This document shows, one piece after another, positions 30,565 to 40,412 of a stretch of DNA of 64,000 bases (the first letter of the stretch is position 1; each line of letters opens with the position of its first letter). The notes beneath the pieces are model-generated. The model saw only the letters and a program-made list of their open reading frames with translations, had not been told where the DNA came from and did not search any database. The stretch lies in IMG/VR virus record IMGVR_UViG_3300012000_000008, positions 1 through 64,000 of that record; one strand, given 5' to 3'. The DNA is from a virus. Both the position numbers and the translations under genes were made by a program.

Positions 30565-31046
30565 TTATTTTTTAAAATATAACAATTATAATAATTTTTA
30601 AAGCCCAAATTAAAAGCACCTTTTTGACTCAATATATTTTCTGGATGAATTTTTGCAATTAAATATGGTACTTGTTTTTTGTGTTTTCTTAAAATTTTAT
30701 AAAAAATATCATATAACATAAAATTGTTTTTATCTCTAATAATTTTTTTAAATTTATTTTTAATTAATTTTAAATGTTTTGTATTTAAAAAAACTGCAAG
30801 CTCTAAATTTTTAGATATATAAATTTCTGCAAACGGCATTTTTCTATAAGTTATTATATAAAAAGCAAGATAATTTTTTTTTCTTAGTTTTTTTACATGC
30901 TCATTAAAAGAAGGTAACTGTTTTTGCTGGCTTTCAGATTCTATTTCTATATTTTTTTTTTGAAATCTTTCTCTAAGTGTATCATATGTAAATTCTAAAT
31001 GATTCTTATTATATGTGTCCAAGAATTGCATTTGTATATACTGCAT
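30561..31046 (-). CDS. GNAT-like N-acetyltransferase
   Basis: C-terminal 'IAKIHPENILSQKGAFNLGF' (N-x2-S...LGF) and 'PSFNEH', resembling RimJ/PseH-like GNATs. Confidence 0.55.
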   Translation of the reverse strand: MQYIQMQFLDTYNKNHLEFTYDTLRERFQKKNIEIESESQQKQLPSFNEHVKKLRKKNYLAFYIITYRKMPFAEIYISKNLELAVFLNTKHLKLIKNKFKKIIRDKNNFMLYDIFYKILRKHKKQVPYLIAKIHPENILSQKGAFNLGFKNYYNCYILKNN

Positions 31047-31060
31047 GTAACTATTTATAA

Positions 31061-31666
31061 GTGAAAAATACAGATCTACAGTTGCTTTATAAAACAGTAA
31101 ATCTTTTTGAACAAAATTTATGTAATTACACAGGAAGCAAATATGCAGTATCTGTTGACTGCTGTACCAATGCTCTTTTGTTATGCTTTCAGTATTTAAA
31201 TCCTAAAACTATTATTTTGCCTAAAAATACTTTTATTGGTGTGGCATCAGCTGCAACTCATTTAGGAATAAGAGTAAAATTTAAAGATATAAAATGGAAT
31301 GGTATGTATAAAATAGAACCATTAAATGTATTTGATTGTGCAAGAAGATTCACAAGCAACATGTACATAAAAAATTCATTTATGTGTTTATCTTTTCATT
31401 ACAAAAAACATTTAAAAATAGGCAGGGGTGGCGCTATTCTCTTAGATAACTATGAAGCTTATGAATGGTTTTTAAAAGCTAGAAATTGTGGTAAAGATAT
31501 AAGTCTTCCTCTGTTTAAACAGACCTTTGACGTTTGTGGTTGGAATATGCTTTTGCATCCTGAACTTGCTAAAAAAGGAATTAAATTATTAAAAAAAATG
31601 CCTAAAAATAATCTAGATCTACCATATGAGTTCTATGGCAATCTAAACAAACAAATTACATATTAA
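31061..31666 (+). CDS. DegT/DnrJ/EryC1/StrS-type PLP sugar aminotransferase (short form)
   Basis: 'FEQNLCNYTGSKYAVSVDCCTNAL', 'DCA' and 'LSFHYKKHLKIGRGGAI'. Confidence 0.8.
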   Translation: MKNTDLQLLYKTVNLFEQNLCNYTGSKYAVSVDCCTNALLLCFQYLNPKTIILPKNTFIGVASAATHLGIRVKFKDIKWNGMYKIEPLNVFDCARRFTSNMYIKNSFMCLSFHYKKHLKIGRGGAILLDNYEAYEWFLKARNCGKDISLPLFKQTFDVCGWNMLLHPELAKKGIKLLKKMPKNNLDLPYEFYGNLNKQITY

Positions 31667-32934
31667 ACATGAAATCCGCGTTTTTCTTCAGCAAAAGGAA
31701 AATTATTTTGTTCTAAATAAAATCTTAACGGCGATTTATAATATTTGTTTTTTAATTCTGGAGATAACCATAGAAACTCTTGTACTAATTTTTTATCTAA
31801 GAACGGATATCTAGCTTCTATACCCAAACAACCCATCACATACTCGTCCTTAGTAATGTATTCCTTCATAGTACCATTATAAAAGTTTTTCCAAGGAAAA
31901 TATTGTGCTAAATTATCAGGAAAAACACCTTTAAAACAAGAAGTACCATCTAATTCATAAATATTTTTTATAAAATAATCGCCCATTATTTCATCACATC
32001 CAGTACCAGAAAGAAAAATTTTACAATTATTCATTTTGCCTTTTTTTCCTATAAACAACAAAGGCAATGTAGAAGAATCTTTTATAAAATGGTATTCAGT
32101 GTTTTCTTGTAATTCACAGTATTTACGCAAAAAAACTGTTAAAAGAGAATTATTAAATTTGTTATAAAATATAAATTCAGTATTTTTTAATAACAATTTT
32201 CTTTGTTCTAAAACCTCTATATTTTCATTATTTAAAATACTAAAACAATGAAAATTTTTATTTAAATTTAATAATTCTGCTGCTATACATCCACTGTCGT
32301 ACCCGCTACTTAAACCTATAAAAATTTTTTTATCTGTATTGCTTCTTTTAAAAATGGATTCTTTAAAGGCTGCAATCCAATCGTTGTAAGAGGTTTTATA
32401 TTGATTTAAATCAAAAACAGTATTTGTAATATGGTTTATACTATCAGGTGTTTCGAATACAATAGTTGTATTAGGAGCACAAGGCATTATATTTTTTAAA
32501 TTTAAACTTATAAGTGCGCTCTTGTAAGTGCTAGCGTGAACCCCTCTATCTGTAGAAAAATATATTGGTTTTGTTTTAAAAGTATCTGTTGTAACTAAAA
32601 TTTTTTTTAAATTATTGTCTTTTAATATTATAGCAAACTCACCATCTAAATATTTTGCATAATTATCACCGTATTTAAGATAGCATTCTATAATAAAATC
32701 TGCTTCATCAATTCCAACATAATTATAAATTTCACCGTTAAAAATTACTTCTATATTTTTTTTAACTCTTGGTTGTAGACAATCACCTGTTATTTTTAAT
32801 TGATTATGTATAAATGTACCACCATTGTTTTTAAGGACTGATGTTTTATCAGGACCTCTAAAACACATTAAACTATTGGCCAAACAAATTTCTTGTTCAG
32901 TTAATAATTTAGAAGTATATAAAATACTACACAT
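31663..32934 (-). CDS. Asparagine synthetase B-like glutamine amidotransferase
   Basis: Ntn start MCSI, RGPD, FNGEIYNY, LSSGYDS, SGTGCDE and RYPFLD. Start moved to the Met preceding the catalytic Cys. Confidence 0.88.
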   Translation of the reverse strand: MCSILYTSKLLTEQEICLANSLMCFRGPDKTSVLKNNGGTFIHNQLKITGDCLQPRVKKNIEVIFNGEIYNYVGIDEADFIIECYLKYGDNYAKYLDGEFAIILKDNNLKKILVTTDTFKTKPIYFSTDRGVHASTYKSALISLNLKNIMPCAPNTTIVFETPDSINHITNTVFDLNQYKTSYNDWIAAFKESIFKRSNTDKKIFIGLSSGYDSGCIAAELLNLNKNFHCFSILNNENIEVLEQRKLLLKNTEFIFYNKFNNSLLTVFLRKYCELQENTEYHFIKDSSTLPLLFIGKKGKMNNCKIFLSGTGCDEIMGDYFIKNIYELDGTSCFKGVFPDNLAQYFPWKNFYNGTMKEYITKDEYVMGCLGIEARYPFLDKKLVQEFLWLSPELKNKYYKSPLRFYLEQNNFPFAEEKRGFHV

Positions 32935-33709
32935 ATTTTTTATACTCCTCAATTAATTTTTTTAAAGTTAAAAATTTATTTTGAGGTGCATCGTTTTTGT
33001 TATTTAAAATATAGGGGTCGAAATTATTTTTTAATAGTTGATCATTAGAAAACCATGGTTTTTTCTTACCAACAAAATGAACTATTTTTGCAGTTTTTAG
33101 AGTGTTAAGATTTAAGTTTTCAGTAGTTACAAGATATTCTTCAGGCAATTTATATGTTTTATTTTTAAAAATTTTATTAAACACCCCTTGATTACCATGC
33201 CATTTAAATTTTGTTAATAAAGAAATAGCTTCATTATAATTCTCTTCAGTTAAATATTTTTTTCCTATAACCATTAATCCTGCATTAAACCCCCCATTAA
33301 AATTTAAGATTTTTTCATCAGCTTCAGTCATTTTTTGATTTATAACTGCACAGAAATCATGATTACAATTAAAAAGTAAACTTATGTCACCTCTGCAAAG
33401 CATATCTGTATCTAAATAAATGACCTTATCATATTCAGATAATAAGAATATTTCAAATCTGCAAGCAGGGGTTAATGACCAATTGTACGAAAACCTTAAA
33501 TTTTTCTTATATTTAAGCTTGTCAAAATATTTAAATTCTATATTTTTATAAATTTTTAATAAGCTTTCTTTATTTTCCTTTTTGAAATTTTTTTCAACAA
33601 AAATTAAATACGGTATTTCTAATTTATTATGTGTAATCAAGCTTTTTAAAAAGATTTTCATACCAGGTATAAAATCTTCCGTTACAAAAGAAACAAAACA
33701 CATTTTCAT
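32927..33709 (-). CDS. GT8-family glycosyltransferase
   Basis: 'YDKVIYLDTDML', 'FNAGLMVI', 'NQGVFN' and 'IVHFVGKKKPW'. Confidence 0.85.
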   Translation of the reverse strand: MKMCFVSFVTEDFIPGMKIFLKSLITHNKLEIPYLIFVEKNFKKENKESLLKIYKNIEFKYFDKLKYKKNLRFSYNWSLTPACRFEIFLLSEYDKVIYLDTDMLCRGDISLLFNCNHDFCAVINQKMTEADEKILNFNGGFNAGLMVIGKKYLTEENYNEAISLLTKFKWHGNQGVFNKIFKNKTYKLPEEYLVTTENLNLNTLKTAKIVHFVGKKKPWFSNDQLLKNNFDPYILNNKNDAPQNKFLTLKKLIEEYKKYV

Positions 33710-34461
33710 AAATAAATTAACGAATCATCGGTATTTAATAAAAAAAAATTTTTGTTATAAAAAACTTCTTTTTCATATTCTTCTACTGCTGCTAGAAGCA
33801 CTTTATGAGGATTAAAAATAACTTTATTATTCTTAACGGTTTTTCCAAAATTATGATAAATTTTATTTATTATATTTTTTACAATTTTAGCAGGGCCCGC
33901 AATCAAATCATCTCTTAAAATAGCATTAGAACAAAAAGATGTTTTATCAATACATTGTTTTTCAATAGTAATTATCTTCTCTTCAGATAAAAAAGTTTTT
34001 AACCATTCTGTTTTAGAACAAAATAAATTGAGTTTATTAAAATTAAAATTTATTTCTTCTTTTATTAAGCAATCTGGTCTTGTTAAAATTATAAAATCAT
34101 AACTATTATCAACTAGTTCTAATACTTTATTTTTTTTTCTTAAAGACTTTAATTGATTTAAAAATGCTGCAGTTAAATTATTTAAAAATAATTTTGAAGC
34201 TATATTTTCCTTTGATCTTAAAGTAGAGTCACAAATTTCGTCTTCTTTTTCCAACACAATTTTTTTAGTATTTGTTAAGCTAAAGCTATATTCAGATACC
34301 AAATCTTTAAAATTATAAAACCTTTTATCATTTAAATAAGATTTAGTGGTGTAACTATGAATAAAAATATCACAATTGTATTTTTTTATTGTTTTTTCTA
34401 AACCAATTTTACAGTACGGATAATGTCTAAAATGGCCGGCTAAACATAGAGCAGTTTTCAT
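33706..34461 (-). CDS. Putative glycosyltransferase-like protein
   Basis: 'KTALCLAGHFR', 'DIFIHSY' and 'YDFIILTRPD' pattern seen in glycan-cluster proteins. Confidence 0.5.
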   Translation of the reverse strand: MKTALCLAGHFRHYPYCKIGLEKTIKKYNCDIFIHSYTTKSYLNDKRFYNFKDLVSEYSFSLTNTKKIVLEKEDEICDSTLRSKENIASKLFLNNLTAAFLNQLKSLRKKNKVLELVDNSYDFIILTRPDCLIKEEINFNFNKLNLFCSKTEWLKTFLSEEKIITIEKQCIDKTSFCSNAILRDDLIAGPAKIVKNIINKIYHNFGKTVKNNKVIFNPHKVLLAAVEEYEKEVFYNKNFFLLNTDDSLIYL

Positions 34462-34468
34462 TAATTTA

Positions 34469-34503
34469 TTGATATTTAATATTGAAGAAGCTATAATAAA
34501 GAT
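34469..34503 (+). promoter_or_regulatory. Sigma70-like promoter, leaderless geometry
   Basis: TTGATA-N17-TATAAT-N6-ATG. Confidence 0.7.
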
Positions 34504-35370
34504 ATGATTTTATTGACTGGATCAAGCGGGTTTATTGGTAAACATATTTACAATATACTTAAAAAATATTATGGTGTCATTCCTTATGATAAAAAATGTG
34601 GCAAAGATCTTTTAAATATAAAACAACTTGAAAAATCTATACAAAAGTGTGAAATTGTTGTGCATGCTGCAGCTGAAGCAAATTTTGAAAATATGGAAGT
34701 TTTTGATAAAAGCTATTCAAGCACTTCTATGAATATACAAGGCACTCATAATATTGCGCATTTATGCTCTAAACATGAAAAAAAATTAATTTTTATCTCT
34801 ACGTGTTGTGTGTATGGAAATGCTAGTAAATTTGTAGAAGAAATTAAGGTATATCCTAAAGATCTTTATAGTTTTTCTAAACTAGCTGGTGAAAATATTA
34901 TTTTTGGATATCACAAAAATTTTGATTTACAATTTATTATTTTAAGAATAGCTACCTGCTATGGTCCTAATATGAGACCTGAGTTAGGCATTGCAAAATT
35001 TATTTATAATGCCAGCAAGAACATACCACTTCCTATACATGGTAATGGAAAGCAAACCCGTACATTTACACATGTATACGATATTGCACAGGGGGTATTA
35101 AAATCAATAAAGTTTTTTAATATAGCAAAAAATAATATTATAAATATAAGTACCACTGAACAGACCTCAGCATTACAAGCTGCAAAAGACATCATAAGAC
35201 TGTGTAAAAGCAAATCACCACTACAGTTTGTTAAACAAAGAAAACATCAAATTTTTAAGGAAAATGTGAGCAACCATAAAGCTATGCAACTTTTAAAATG
35301 GTCCCCTAAGTATAATTGGCAAAAAGGAATATGCCAAACCATTAAAACATATGTTAATCAAAAATATTGA
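34504..35370 (+). CDS. NAD-dependent nucleotide-sugar epimerase/dehydratase
   Basis: TGSSGFIG, YSFSK (YxxxK) and 'GNGKQTRTFTHVYD'. Confidence 0.9.
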   Translation: MILLTGSSGFIGKHIYNILKKYYGVIPYDKKCGKDLLNIKQLEKSIQKCEIVVHAAAEANFENMEVFDKSYSSTSMNIQGTHNIAHLCSKHEKKLIFISTCCVYGNASKFVEEIKVYPKDLYSFSKLAGENIIFGYHKNFDLQFIILRIATCYGPNMRPELGIAKFIYNASKNIPLPIHGNGKQTRTFTHVYDIAQGVLKSIKFFNIAKNNIINISTTEQTSALQAAKDIIRLCKSKSPLQFVKQRKHQIFKENVSNHKAMQLLKWSPKYNWQKGICQTIKTYVNQKY

Positions 35371-36091
35371 ATATGAAATTGTGGAGCATTGCAATTTAAG
35401 ATGTAAAAATTGCAATAAGTTTAGTTATATTAAAGAACACAATTGCATTGATATAGATCAGATAAAAAAAGACTTTTTTTTATTAAGCAAAAGATTTACA
35501 CTTGAAAATTTTACCATCCTAGGCGGTGAACCGTTGCTTCACCCTGATTTAAACAATATAATTTTACTAGCAAAAAAGGCATTTAATAATAGTGCTATAA
35601 AAATAATTACAAACGGTGCTTTATTTTTTAAAAAAGATTTTATTTTTTTAAATCTCTTATCAGCAAAAAACATAACTTTAGAAATTTCCAAATATGAACT
35701 TAATATTGATTATGAAAAAATAAAAAATATTTGCAAAAAATTTAATATTAATTTTATTTTAACTGAAAAGCAATATTTTAAAGATTTTGTTGATAAAAGC
35801 GGTTCATGCGATCCAGACAAAAGTTTTAAAAGATGTAGAGAATTGGTTTATTGCCCAAGTTTTTTTAATGGTAAACTCTTTCAATGCGGATATTCAAAAA
35901 GCAGCGAATTTTTAACTAAAACAAGCAGACTTTCAAATTTTGCTTTAGATAAAGGTATAGATATAAGCAGCACAGATGAACAAATTTACAAATATTTGAC
36001 TGCACCTGTTCCAACTTGTAAATTTTGTAGTGTTGATGCAGAGTTTCATCCATGGAGGCAACTAAGCTCACAGGAAATAAAAAATATATGA
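35351..36091 (+). CDS. Radical SAM protein
   Basis: CNLRCKNC (CxxxCxxC), GGEPLLHP, TNG and extra C-terminal cysteines. Confidence 0.88.
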   Translation: MLIKNIEYEIVEHCNLRCKNCNKFSYIKEHNCIDIDQIKKDFFLLSKRFTLENFTILGGEPLLHPDLNNIILLAKKAFNNSAIKIITNGALFFKKDFIFLNLLSAKNITLEISKYELNIDYEKIKNICKKFNINFILTEKQYFKDFVDKSGSCDPDKSFKRCRELVYCPSFFNGKLFQCGYSKSSEFLTKTSRLSNFALDKGIDISSTDEQIYKYLTAPVPTCKFCSVDAEFHPWRQLSSQEIKNI

Positions 36092-36852
36092 ATGTTTGTT
36101 TTTTTTATTCAGTTTATAATAGATATAATATACTAAAACAAAACTTAACTCTTTTAAAAAATAACAATATTTCCAACATAGTATTTTTAATTGATAAGAC
36201 TAAAAGCTATAACTTAAATAACTTAAAAGCAATTAATTTAGTTAAAAATTCAAATTTAATTTACAAAGTTAATACTTCACACAAAGGCTCTTTCTGTACT
36301 TTTATAGATTTTTTTTATAATTTAAAAAAATTTCCTGACTATTCTATTTTTATAGAGGATGACTGTTTGCTTACAAATGAGTTCTTTGAATTTCATAATA
36401 TGGTATCAAACAACTTAAGCTATTTTATTAAAAATAATATAGCCTTGGTTTCACCGTTTGGTTTTAACTATGCTACTGACAATAATTTTAGTTTATCTAA
36501 CATTGATTGCAGTCTTATAAAAGGAAATCTGTGGGGATGTGGTTATATTGCGCCTTTTATAGAGCAGTTTTTTAAAGAAAAAAAATTTAATGCAGATGGT
36601 ACTTTTTATTTGGATTTAAATGTCCTTAATTATTTTTCTTCACAGAATAAAAGTATAGCTGTTGCTAGTCACAATCTTATTTCTTATGAGGGCCTAAAAG
36701 ATAGTAGAGATTACGATCAATTAAAACACTGTATTGATCATCCCATGTTTAAAGCTAATTTAAATTTTAAAGAGCTAAACATAGAATTTAACAATAATAA
36801 TCATTCATTCCTACAAAAACATAATTTTTTTAGAAATAATTGCATTTGTTAA
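36088..36852 (+). CDS. GT-A fold glycosyltransferase-like protein
   Basis: 'VYNR', 'IFIEDDC' and 'WG' motifs; ATGA coupling to the upstream gene. Confidence 0.55.
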   Translation: MNVCFFYSVYNRYNILKQNLTLLKNNNISNIVFLIDKTKSYNLNNLKAINLVKNSNLIYKVNTSHKGSFCTFIDFFYNLKKFPDYSIFIEDDCLLTNEFFEFHNMVSNNLSYFIKNNIALVSPFGFNYATDNNFSLSNIDCSLIKGNLWGCGYIAPFIEQFFKEKKFNADGTFYLDLNVLNYFSSQNKSIAVASHNLISYEGLKDSRDYDQLKHCIDHPMFKANLNFKELNIEFNNNNHSFLQKHNFFRNNCIC

Positions 36853-36871
36853 AAAGTTTTTAAATAATTTT

Positions 36872-37576
36872 ATGCAAATATTAATACCCATGGCAGGAAT
36901 GGGGTTAAGATTTAAAAATGCTGGTTTTGAAGTACCTAAACCGCTCATTAAAGTTAAAAATAAAACCCTCATTGAACATTCTGTAGAGACACTCAATATT
37001 AGCGGCCAATACATTTTTATAACAAGAAAATACTGGAATGAGTATGATTCTATATTGTCTGAAATATTAAAAAAATTAAGTCCCGATTCTATTGAAATTA
37101 AAATTGACTACAATACAAATGGAAGTGTTGATTCATGTCTTTTATCTGAACCTTTTTTAAAAAAAAATGATGAATTAATAACTACTAACTGTGATCAATA
37201 TTTAAAATGGAACTCAAATGAGTTTCTGCACTATATGAATAGCAACCAAGCAGCAGGTGGTATTCTTACTTTTACTTCTACTGATCCTAGACATTCTTTC
37301 GCAAAAATAAATCAAAATAGAGTTATACAAATTGTAGAAAAAAAAGCTATTAGTAATTGTTCACTTGTAGGTGTACATTATTTTAAAAAGAGTAAGTATT
37401 TTTTATATTCTGGAAAAAAATTAAAAAAGATAGTTAAAAACAGAGAATGCTATGTTTCTGAAACATATAATTTATTAATTGAAAAAAAATTAAAAGTAAT
37501 TTATTTTAATTTAGAAAATGGGTACTATCCCCTAGGTGTTCCTGAGGATTTAAATAATATAAATGAAATTGTTTAA
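36872..37576 (+). CDS. Sugar-phosphate nucleotidyltransferase
   Basis: 'IPMAGMGLRF...PKPLI', 'NCDQ', 'VEKKAIS' and 'LGVPEDL'. Confidence 0.85.
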   Translation: MQILIPMAGMGLRFKNAGFEVPKPLIKVKNKTLIEHSVETLNISGQYIFITRKYWNEYDSILSEILKKLSPDSIEIKIDYNTNGSVDSCLLSEPFLKKNDELITTNCDQYLKWNSNEFLHYMNSNQAAGGILTFTSTDPRHSFAKINQNRVIQIVEKKAISNCSLVGVHYFKKSKYFLYSGKKLKKIVKNRECYVSETYNLLIEKKLKVIYFNLENGYYPLGVPEDLNNINEIV

Positions 37577-37886
37577 TTTAAATAATATGAAATTAGGCTG
37601 GTTTGTAGGTAATTTTGAACCAACAGCATTTAAAACAAGTAATTTTGAAGTTTCCTATAAACTACACAGAAAAAATGAAAAATGGGATAAACATTTTCAT
37701 ACCACAGTAACTGAAATAAACTTAATCATAAGAGGAAAAATGAAAATACAAGGCAAATTGCTCTTTAGTCATGATATTTTTATTTTAGAGCCTTATGAAA
37801 TTGCGGACCCTGAATTTTTACAAGATACAGAAATTATTTGTGTTAAAACACCTTCAGCTAACGATAAAGTGGTTGTTAAATTTTAA
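37563..37886 (+). CDS. Cupin-fold protein
   Basis: 'GWFVGNFEP' and an HxH...E metal motif (HFHTTVTE). Confidence 0.7.
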   Translation: MKLFNLNNMKLGWFVGNFEPTAFKTSNFEVSYKLHRKNEKWDKHFHTTVTEINLIIRGKMKIQGKLLFSHDIFILEPYEIADPEFLQDTEIICVKTPSANDKVVVKF

Positions 37887-38655
37887 TTTTATATTTATTA
37901 TCTAAGAAACCACTAACACTTAAACAATCATACTCTAATTTGTAAGAGACCAATTTATTATCATTAACAACATTTGTATTCTTATAACCTTCAATTAACA
38001 TTAATGCAGGTGTGCCACCACCAACAGACCCCTCAATTACATAAGGCATAAAAGCAGTTTTCATTTTTTTAAGCTCATTTTTTAAGGTAAAGCTACTTCT
38101 TACAAAATAACATCCTTCTTTTATTAAATTAAATGTAGAATCAATATTATTAGTAAAAAATTCTTTAAAAATAGTTTCAGTATAGATATTATTTTTAACC
38201 TTAACAAAATTTTTTAAAGTATTTTTATCTATGCTTTGATAAACACATAAAATATCAAAAACTTTATTTATCAAAAAAGAGTCTATATCTTTAATTATTA
38301 TATTGTCTGTATCTACCTGTAACACATGTTCATAGCTGTCTAAAAATTCTAACACCATGAGATGTTTTAAGCAGTTAGCAATTGAACCTGTTTTTCTGAA
38401 AAACATTTCATTTATTTTTTTACTATTTGGATGTTTAGGTACAAGAGTGTCAGCCTTATAAAACTCAAAAAAATCATATGTAAATACTTTAAAGTCTTTA
38501 CACTTTAAAGACAAATATTTTTTTTCTTCTTCATTATTTACAACAAATCTACAATGCATAGATGTATTTGGATTACTAATACGCAAACTTAAATACAGTC
38601 TTTCTAAAAAATTAAAATATTTTTTATTGCAGCTTGTTATTACTATTGCAGACAT
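37876..38655 (-). CDS. Putative glycosyltransferase (DxD)
   Basis: 'IVITSCNKKY' and 'YEHVLQVDTDNII'. Confidence 0.5.
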   Translation of the reverse strand: MSAIVITSCNKKYFNFLERLYLSLRISNPNTSMHCRFVVNNEEEKKYLSLKCKDFKVFTYDFFEFYKADTLVPKHPNSKKINEMFFRKTGSIANCLKHLMVLEFLDSYEHVLQVDTDNIIIKDIDSFLINKVFDILCVYQSIDKNTLKNFVKVKNNIYTETIFKEFFTNNIDSTFNLIKEGCYFVRSSFTLKNELKKMKTAFMPYVIEGSVGGGTPALMLIEGYKNTNVVNDNKLVSYKLEYDCLSVSGFLDNKYKIKI

Positions 38656-38691
38656 AGTTGATATTGTTTAAATATATATAATAATTATCTT

Positions 38692-39348
38692 GTGCATAGT
38701 AAATATCTATTTTTAGTACCTCATGCAGATGATGAAGCACTAGGGTTTGGTGGAACTATTGCAAAATTATGTGAAAAAGGCAATGAAGTAACTGTTGCTA
38801 TTGTGCAAGCACCAAACAACAGTCGTGCTGCTAAACAACTTGAAAATGCTTTTAAAGCTAAAGAAATTTTAGGCTATAAAGATTTAGATTTTATTTCTAT
38901 ACCCAATGATGTATTTTGTAATGATTTATTTTTCTTAAAGAACAAAATTGAAGATTATATTTTATCTAAAACACCTACAGTGATTTACACTTCTTTTGTT
39001 GCAGATAATCACCAAGACCATAAAAATCTTTACAGAGCTGTATCAATTGCATGCAGACCTTCTGGACCATGCAAATCAGTAAGAACTATTTTTGCCGGAG
39101 AAATAATTTCTTCTTATGATCAATCATTAGGAGTAGAAAGAATAATTTTTACACCTAATTACTATGAAACACTTGAATTAAGCCATATAAACAAAAAAAT
39201 CATGGCATTGGAAGCATATGAATATGAGATACAAGCCTCTCCTCACCCAAGGTCAAAAGAATCAATAGTTGCCAAGAGTATAGTAAGGGGATCAGAAAGC
39301 AACAGCATGTATGCTGAAGCTTTTATGATGCTAAGAACTATAATTTAG
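38692..39348 (+). CDS. PIG-L/LmbE-family N-deacetylase
   Basis: PHADDEALGFGGTI, HQDH and final 'AEAF'. Confidence 0.9.
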   Translation: MHSKYLFLVPHADDEALGFGGTIAKLCEKGNEVTVAIVQAPNNSRAAKQLENAFKAKEILGYKDLDFISIPNDVFCNDLFFLKNKIEDYILSKTPTVIYTSFVADNHQDHKNLYRAVSIACRPSGPCKSVRTIFAGEIISSYDQSLGVERIIFTPNYYETLELSHINKKIMALEAYEYEIQASPHPRSKESIVAKSIVRGSESNSMYAEAFMMLRTII

Positions 39349-40132
39349 AAAGTTCATCTTTATACTGTTTTAAAAATTTTAATAAAATATTATAGCCTGA
39401 AGGGCCATTATTTTTTAAAACACTACTTAAAACAAAACTGCTAAAATTATCTTTTATTTTGTCGGAATTAACTAAGAAAGGTTTTTTATCACCACCAAAA
39501 TGTAAAAATTTTATATCTGTATGAATATTTTTTTTATTAATAAAAGGCGTAGATAAAAAATAATTTTCTGGTAACATAGTAACTTTATCATTAAAAAAAG
39601 CATTAAGAGGGCCTTGATTACCTAGCCAGCTGTTAACACTACTTATTTTTAATAATTCCTCTACGACACTATCATTCAAGTATTTTTTACCTATTACCAT
39701 TAATCCAGCATTAAATGATTTGTCCGGACAAAACCCAGAGTAATTAAAATTTTTACTATTAACACCGTCAGGATGTGGGTGATATACTGCACCAAAATCA
39801 CATTGTAAATCAAAAAGTTCATTTATGTTTGACAAACATATCATATCCAAATCTAAAAAAATAATTTTTTCATAATTTTTAAGTCTAAAAATATTGTATC
39901 TAACCAAAGGATTAATGTTCCATTTTCTAACAGCCCGGCCACAAAACTTTGGCATTGCAGGCTCATCAATAAAAAGCACATTATTACATAATTGCTTATT
40001 TTTAACTGTTATTTTTTCTTCTTCTATAGCTAAAAAGTCAAACTTTTTTGATGTGTTGCGTATGATGGTATTTTGTAAAACTTTAAGTGCAGGAATGTAG
40101 TTGTTAGAAACAGTAACTACTATAGCTTGCAT
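39338..40132 (-). CDS. GT8-family glycosyltransferase (paralog of 32927..33709)
   Basis: 'YEKIIFLDLDM', 'FNAGLMVIGKKYL', 'NQGPLN' and 'HFGGDKKP'. Confidence 0.85.
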   Translation of the reverse strand: MQAIVVTVSNNYIPALKVLQNTIIRNTSKKFDFLAIEEEKITVKNKQLCNNVLFIDEPAMPKFCGRAVRKWNINPLVRYNIFRLKNYEKIIFLDLDMICLSNINELFDLQCDFGAVYHPHPDGVNSKNFNYSGFCPDKSFNAGLMVIGKKYLNDSVVEELLKISSVNSWLGNQGPLNAFFNDKVTMLPENYFLSTPFINKKNIHTDIKFLHFGGDKKPFLVNSDKIKDNFSSFVLSSVLKNNGPSGYNILLKFLKQYKDELSKL

Positions 40133-40211
40133 AAATTATATTAATACTTTTCTACTTGCAATCAAGAAAAAGAAATGTTGAATTTTAAAATTTAAAGATT
40201 AATATAGATAT

Positions 40212-40412
40212 ATGCACATTGAGAAGTATACAGCTTATGTTAAAGATACCCTAACCAAAAAAAGTTTTAAACTTTCCATGGATGGAGACTGCCCCATGGA
40301 AGCACACAAGAGTTTCTACAATAGAATTAACAACTATCAAGAAATTGTTAAAATTACTGATGCCAGTAATGCTACCATATATGACTCAAACACAGGCTTC
40401 ATAAATAGTTAA
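40212..40412 (+). CDS. Hypothetical protein
   Basis: 66-aa ORF with a promoter-like upstream region. Confidence 0.5.
   Translation: MHIEKYTAYVKDTLTKKSFKLSMDGDCPMEAHKSFYNRINNYQEIVKITDASNATIYDSNTGFINS

Noticed and set aside
29177-40132. Host chromosomal O-antigen/capsule locus or assembly chimera
   Set aside because: Island genes are coupled to phage genes, use the same promoter motifs as the rest of the window, and lack export or polymerase genes.
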